DNA of 64,000 bases from Candidatus Cloacimonadales bacterium (GTDB lineage Bacteria > Cloacimonadota > Cloacimonadia > Cloacimonadales > JAFGVF01). Shown piece by piece: positions 59,874-64,000 of the stretch. The translations under genes and the position numbers were made by a program. Below the pieces are notes generated by a model, which saw only the letters and a program-made list of their open reading frames with translations, did no database searches and had not been told where the DNA came from. Each line of letters begins with the position of its first letter. Within the stretch, counting starts at the first letter, position 1. The DNA is taken from the NCBI GenBank assembly GCA_963663475.2, contig CAXXJV010000001.1, positions 704,001 to 768,000 of the forward strand, given 5' to 3'.

Positions 59874-61682
59874 TTGAAAATAAATAGATTACTGCTTATT
59901 ATTATATCACTCTTTGGTCTTACACTTCTTTTAAGTGAAGAACCAATTCTTCATTATCTACTTGAGCCTGGTAAACTGTCTTATCATGTTGTAGAAAAGA
60001 AGGATATATTAAATACAGACAATCTAAATTCTGATTTATTAAATTGGAAAGAGATTGATTATCTGACTTACAAAGAGAAAAAGACAATAGATAAACTCCT
60101 TTATAGATTAGAGTTACCTGATAGTCTCTCAACAGATAAAAACCGAGTATTCTTTATCGGTTATTACACCCCTTTTAGGGTTTATTATAATTCTCAAGAA
60201 GTTTATGCCGATACAAGTCGGTCACAATTTGTTCATCTCTTTACCTTAGATTATTCGCAGGATGAGAGATTTGTATATTTTTTATACGACGAAGTAATTG
60301 CTGGTTATCCAGTTCCCTTTTCTCTTGTTTTTTTAAATGAAGACTTAACTGATACCCCATTCGTATATTTGATTATAGAACTTATCTTTGTTCAAATGCT
60401 CAACTATTCAGTATCCATCTTCTTCTTTCTAATTTCCTTGATAAGTCTCTTTCTTCTTCTGAGAAGCTCAAAATCTATAAAAAAATACGTTTTTGCTGTC
60501 TTTATCTATTCTCTTATTATTGGATTAGATCATGGGCTAAACACCCTGCTTATGGCCTATTTTGGAATATCTCCTAAAATATTCTATTGGATAGATTCAA
60601 TGATGTTCCAACTCTTCTTAATAATGATTGTTACAATGGCCGATTATGTTTTTTCAGATGGTAGATCAAGATTCTTACGCTTTTTAAAATATCTAATTAT
60701 TGCTATAACAATAGTTAATTTCCTTGTTACTAATTATGTTCAATTTTATAAAATATTCGATTTCTTCAACATTTCCCTCTATATTACTACTATACTTTAT
60801 CTCATCTTCTACCTAATCAAAAAGTTTAAATATATTAGGGAGAAACTAAACATCTTTATAGCTTTAATCTTTATTCTAGCTCCTCTATTAATGTTTGTAA
60901 CCAGAAATTTTAAATATGTACCTTATATATCTTCAGTATATGTTTTAATCTCAGTTTCTATCCTCTATATTTTTGTTTATAACTTCTTTGCTAGGTTTAG
61001 GAAAAATGAAGCAAGCTTGGTAAATACCAAGATTGATTTACAGGAAAAGGAAAATGAAATTCTTAGACTTGAGAAAGATAGACTGAAAAAAAGTGTATCA
61101 CACCTCAAAGGCCAGTTAAATCCTCACTTCTTATTTAATAGCTTATCTACTCTTACAGGGATTATTCCTACTGATACAGACAAAGCTGTAAGTTATGTAG
61201 AAGAACTATCAAATATGTATCGCTACATTTTGCAAACAGATAATAAAGAACTCATTGATTTAGAATCTGAACTTGAACTTTTAGATTCCTATAATTACTT
61301 AGTAAGTATGAAATATGGTAAGAATTACCAGCTAGATGTCAATATAGATGATGATTATCTAGACTGTAAATTACCACCTCTCTCTATTCAAACCATGATC
61401 GAAAATATATTTAAGCATAACACTATTGATCAGAATCATAAAATGAAGATTGACATTTTTATTGATAGTATGTATATTGTAATTATCAATGATATTCATA
61501 AAAAAGAATCAGCTTTCCAATATAAAGAAAAGAAAGCTGGTATTGGTCAGCAAAACATTACAGCTATTTATCAATATTATAGTGAAAGAAAGCCTATTTA
61601 TGAGATAAAGAATAATAAATACATTGTTAAAATACCCCTAATAAATAAGGATGTACAATATGTTAAAGATATTAATTATTGA
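59874..61682 (+). CDS. LytS/YehU-type membrane histidine kinase
   Basis: Periplasmic N-domain, about 7 TMs, LKGQLNPHFLFNSL, YRYIL, LPPLSIQTMIENIFKHN, GIG. Confidence 0.9.
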   Translation: MKINRLLLIIISLFGLTLLLSEEPILHYLLEPGKLSYHVVEKKDILNTDNLNSDLLNWKEIDYLTYKEKKTIDKLLYRLELPDSLSTDKNRVFFIGYYTPFRVYYNSQEVYADTSRSQFVHLFTLDYSQDERFVYFLYDEVIAGYPVPFSLVFLNEDLTDTPFVYLIIELIFVQMLNYSVSIFFFLISLISLFLLLRSSKSIKKYVFAVFIYSLIIGLDHGLNTLLMAYFGISPKIFYWIDSMMFQLFLIMIVTMADYVFSDGRSRFLRFLKYLIIAITIVNFLVTNYVQFYKIFDFFNISLYITTILYLIFYLIKKFKYIREKLNIFIALIFILAPLLMFVTRNFKYVPYISSVYVLISVSILYIFVYNFFARFRKNEASLVNTKIDLQEKENEILRLEKDRLKKSVSHLKGQLNPHFLFNSLSTLTGIIPTDTDKAVSYVEELSNMYRYILQTDNKELIDLESELELLDSYNYLVSMKYGKNYQLDVNIDDDYLDCKLPPLSIQTMIENIFKHNTIDQNHKMKIDIFIDSMYIVIINDIHKKESAFQYKEKKAGIGQQNITAIYQYYSERKPIYEIKNNKYIVKIPLINKDVQYVKDINY

Positions 61683-62448
61683 AGATGAAGAAATAATTGC
61701 CCAAAGATTAGTACAGTTGCTTGATCAGATTAATTTTGATTACCAATTATGTAAGATTATTGGGTCAGTTCAAGAATCTATTGAGTGGTTATCAGAAAAT
61801 GAACATCCAGATCTTATTTTTGCTGATATACAACTTTCTGATGGAAATAGCTTCTCAATTTTTAAAGCCATAAATGTTAGCTCAAAAATTATCTTTACTA
61901 CCTCTTATGATGAGTTTGCTCTTGATGCTTTTAAAGTTAATAGTATAGATTACCTGCTCAAACCTATCACAGCAAAAAAACTTGAAAAATCATTTGCTAA
62001 GCTGGAAGAGATGTCCAAAATATTTTCCCAAGATAATGAAAATGGGGTAGAGAATAATCAAAATGAAATTAATAATTTACTAGAGTACCTAGATACTAAG
62101 GATAAAGACTATAGAAATAGATTCTTAATTAAAATGGGTAATGCTTATAAATCGATTCCTGCTAACGAAATTGCTTACTTCTTTGTTTCAAATAAAACGA
62201 CATATTTACTAACATTTAATAAGAAAAAATACTCTCTAGATACACCTTTAGATGAGCTAGACAAAGAGTTAGATCCAAAACTATTCTTTAGAATAAACCG
62301 CCAAATGATAATCAATATTAATGCTATAAAAGAAATTCATACCTTCTTCAATAGCAGACTTCTCTTAAACATTGAACCAGAATTTGATGAAGATGTTCTA
62401 GTTACCAGGTCTAATATAGCAAACTTTAAAGAGTGGATGAATACTTAA
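61660..62448 (+). CDS. LytTR-family response regulator
   Basis: IIEDE, DIQLSDG, FTTSYDE, DYLLKP, FFRINRQ. Confidence 0.93.
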   Translation: MLKILIIEDEEIIAQRLVQLLDQINFDYQLCKIIGSVQESIEWLSENEHPDLIFADIQLSDGNSFSIFKAINVSSKIIFTTSYDEFALDAFKVNSIDYLLKPITAKKLEKSFAKLEEMSKIFSQDNENGVENNQNEINNLLEYLDTKDKDYRNRFLIKMGNAYKSIPANEIAYFFVSNKTTYLLTFNKKKYSLDTPLDELDKELDPKLFFRINRQMIININAIKEIHTFFNSRLLLNIEPEFDEDVLVTRSNIANFKEWMNT

Positions 62449-62557
62449 ACCCAAATAAAGCTCTACTGCATTATTGGTTAAAATCCTACTACACTACTTA
62501 GGATAATCCACTTTGTTTTCTCTAGGAAAGGGAGGAAGAAAAAAAATATTTGACAAA

Positions 62558-62591
62558 TTAACTAAACGATTAATATTTACCATATAGTTAA
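62558..62591. promoter_or_regulatory. Tandem putative TetR operators overlapping a TTGACA (62550) promoter
   Basis: ttaactaaacgattaa and tttaccatatagttaa: related imperfect 16-bp palindromes just upstream of tetR. Confidence 0.5.
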
Positions 62592-62619
62592 AATTTATAT
62601 TAAATCTTAAGAGGTAAAT

Positions 62620-63237
62620 ATGAAAAGATACAATAAGGATACAGAAACTAAGATACTACAAGTAGCAGAGACCATCTTCAGAGAAAAGGGTTATAGTGGT
62701 TGCAAAACTCAAGAAATAGCTGATCGAGCTGGCATTAATAAGGCTCTTCTTCACTATTATTTTAAAAGTAAAAGAGTTTTATTTGAAAGAGTTTTCTTGT
62801 TAGCTCTAGAAGAAGTTTTTCAAGTATTAGCTACTTACCTCAATAGTGATCAACCTTTAATAGAAAAGACTCCTTCTTTAGTAGCATCCTATCTAGAATA
62901 TGCAAGTAAAAATGTAAATCTGTTTGTTTTTGTCATATCAGAAGTATGGCAGAATCAAGATTTCCCTCAGAAATTCGTTCAGGTAGCTTTAGAGAAGGTT
63001 GATTTTAGTAACTTCTTTGCCTCATATAAAAGGGAAGTAGAGGCAGGTATCTTGCGAGATATAAATCCAATTCATTATTTAGTAAATCTAATTTCACTTT
63101 CAATATTTCCATTTTTAATATCTCCAATTATGAAAAACATGTTAGCTACACTAGGAATTTCATCTGCTAGCATTTTGAAAGAACGCCAGGAGATAATAAG
63201 TCAAAGTCTTTTAACTCTAATTACTACTAGGAGCTAG
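62620..63237 (+). CDS. TetR/AcrR-family regulator
   Basis: ILQVAETIFREKGY..TQEIADRAGINKALLHYYFKSK. Confidence 0.95.
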   Translation: MKRYNKDTETKILQVAETIFREKGYSGCKTQEIADRAGINKALLHYYFKSKRVLFERVFLLALEEVFQVLATYLNSDQPLIEKTPSLVASYLEYASKNVNLFVFVISEVWQNQDFPQKFVQVALEKVDFSNFFASYKREVEAGILRDINPIHYLVNLISLSIFPFLISPIMKNMLATLGISSASILKERQEIISQSLLTLITTRS

Positions 63238-63238
63238 A

Positions 63239-64000
63239 ATGCAAAAATTGTTACTATGTTTAATGGCTGTAACTTTATTATTTGCCTGTGAGAATTCAGA
63301 TAAACTTAGTGATGCTTATGGTAACTTTCAATGTGATGAAGTAATAATAAGCTCAGAAAGTATGGGGCTAATTCAAATCCTTGATATAGAAGAAGGAGAA
63401 GACTTGGAAAGAATGGAAATCATAGCAGTAATAGACACTACTACTAAGCATGATTTAATCGAAGAATTAAAGATCCAGAAGGAACTCCTAGAAATAAAAT
63501 ATGCCAAAGGTTTGGCAGACCAGGGAAAAATAGCTCTGGAATTAGACAAGGCTAAGAAGGATAGCAAACGCTATCAAATTCTCTATTCTCAGAATGCAAT
63601 AGCCAAGGATATTTTGGAAAATTATCAGCATAAGCAAGAACTGCTTGAACAGGATTTAAAGGCATCTGATATTTCACTTTCACTTATAATAAAGGAGATT
63701 GAACAAATTGATATCAAAATAGGGCAAGCAAGTCACCAACTAAAGAAATCATATATTAGAAGCCCAATAAGTGGAAAAGTCATAGCTAAGTATGCCCAAG
63801 CAGGGGAATATGTATCAGTCGGCAAACCCATATGTAAGATTGCTAACTTACAAGCCAGCTATTTACAGGCCTATATCAGTGAGAAACAGTTAAGTCAAAT
63901 TTCTCTTAATGAAGAAGTAACAATATTGTATGATAGCATTTCAGGAATGAATAAACTTAAAGGAAGAATATCATTTATAAGCGATAAAGCAGAATTTACA
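63239..64000 (+). CDS. HlyD-family efflux periplasmic adaptor (lipoprotein, 3'-truncated)
   Basis: Translated by eye: MQKLLLCLMAVTLLFAC..SDAYGNF..EVIISSE, coiled coil, IRSPISGKV..GEYV..GKP, ISFISDKAEFT at the window end. Confidence 0.85.
   Translation, partial: MQKLLLCLMAVTLLFACENSDKLSDAYGNFQCDEVIISSESMGLIQILDIEEGEDLERMEIIAVIDTTTKHDLIEELKIQKELLEIKYAKGLADQGKIALELDKAKKDSKRYQILYSQNAIAKDILENYQHKQELLEQDLKASDISLSLIIKEIEQIDIKIGQASHQLKKSYIRSPISGKVIAKYAQAGEYVSVGKPICKIANLQASYLQAYISEKQLSQISLNEEVTILYDSISGMNKLKGRISFISDKAEFT

Overview
AT-rich bacterial chromosome window; every credible gene is on the + strand. Taxonomy cannot be read directly; EF-Tu/RNAP style, GxxExxY genes and the repeat landscape are compatible with Candidatus Cloacimonadota or a related FCB lineage (inference only). 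(1) 1-36225: large Wzx/Wzy surface-polysaccharide locus: RmlA, FdtA/FdtB-like amino-sugar genes, CoA-ester lyase, GtrA/GtrB/GT-C, GT2/GT4, Ugd, two uronate epimerases, many tailoring enzymes, ACP/acyl ligase/FabG, priming transferase, VanZ. It is interrupted by two GxxExxY genes, a beta-helix lipoprotein and blocks of modular repeats. (2) 36164-39205: dense repeat mosaic with a higher-order A-A-A-B-A-B array, an orphan acidic ORF and REP-like hairpins. (3) 39373-43980: murA, mnmA, symporter, methyltransferase, two REP-like tandem arrays. (4) 44458-59539: tRNA-Thr/Tyr/Gly/Thr, tuf, rpmG, tRNA-Trp, secE, nusG, rplKAJL, rpoBC, rpsLG, with no fusA following. (5) 59874-64000: LytS/LytTR pair, TetR, partial HlyD adaptor. 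Best candidate for an undescribed system: short 8-10-nt-period repeat modules placed forward just after stop codons and inverted just before the next start. They show a consistent sense-strand U.G pair, so they could fold to loop out intervening cargo (a GxxExxY nuclease-fold gene, a lipoprotein, filler, REP arrays), and several cargos are also bracketed by 60-177 bp direct repeats. Other notable points: a local G-ending codon skew in genes upstream of these blocks, an L7/L12-CTD-like insertion in RpoB and a nested SBHM expansion in the RpoC jaw. All counts and alignments were done by eye; no searches were run.
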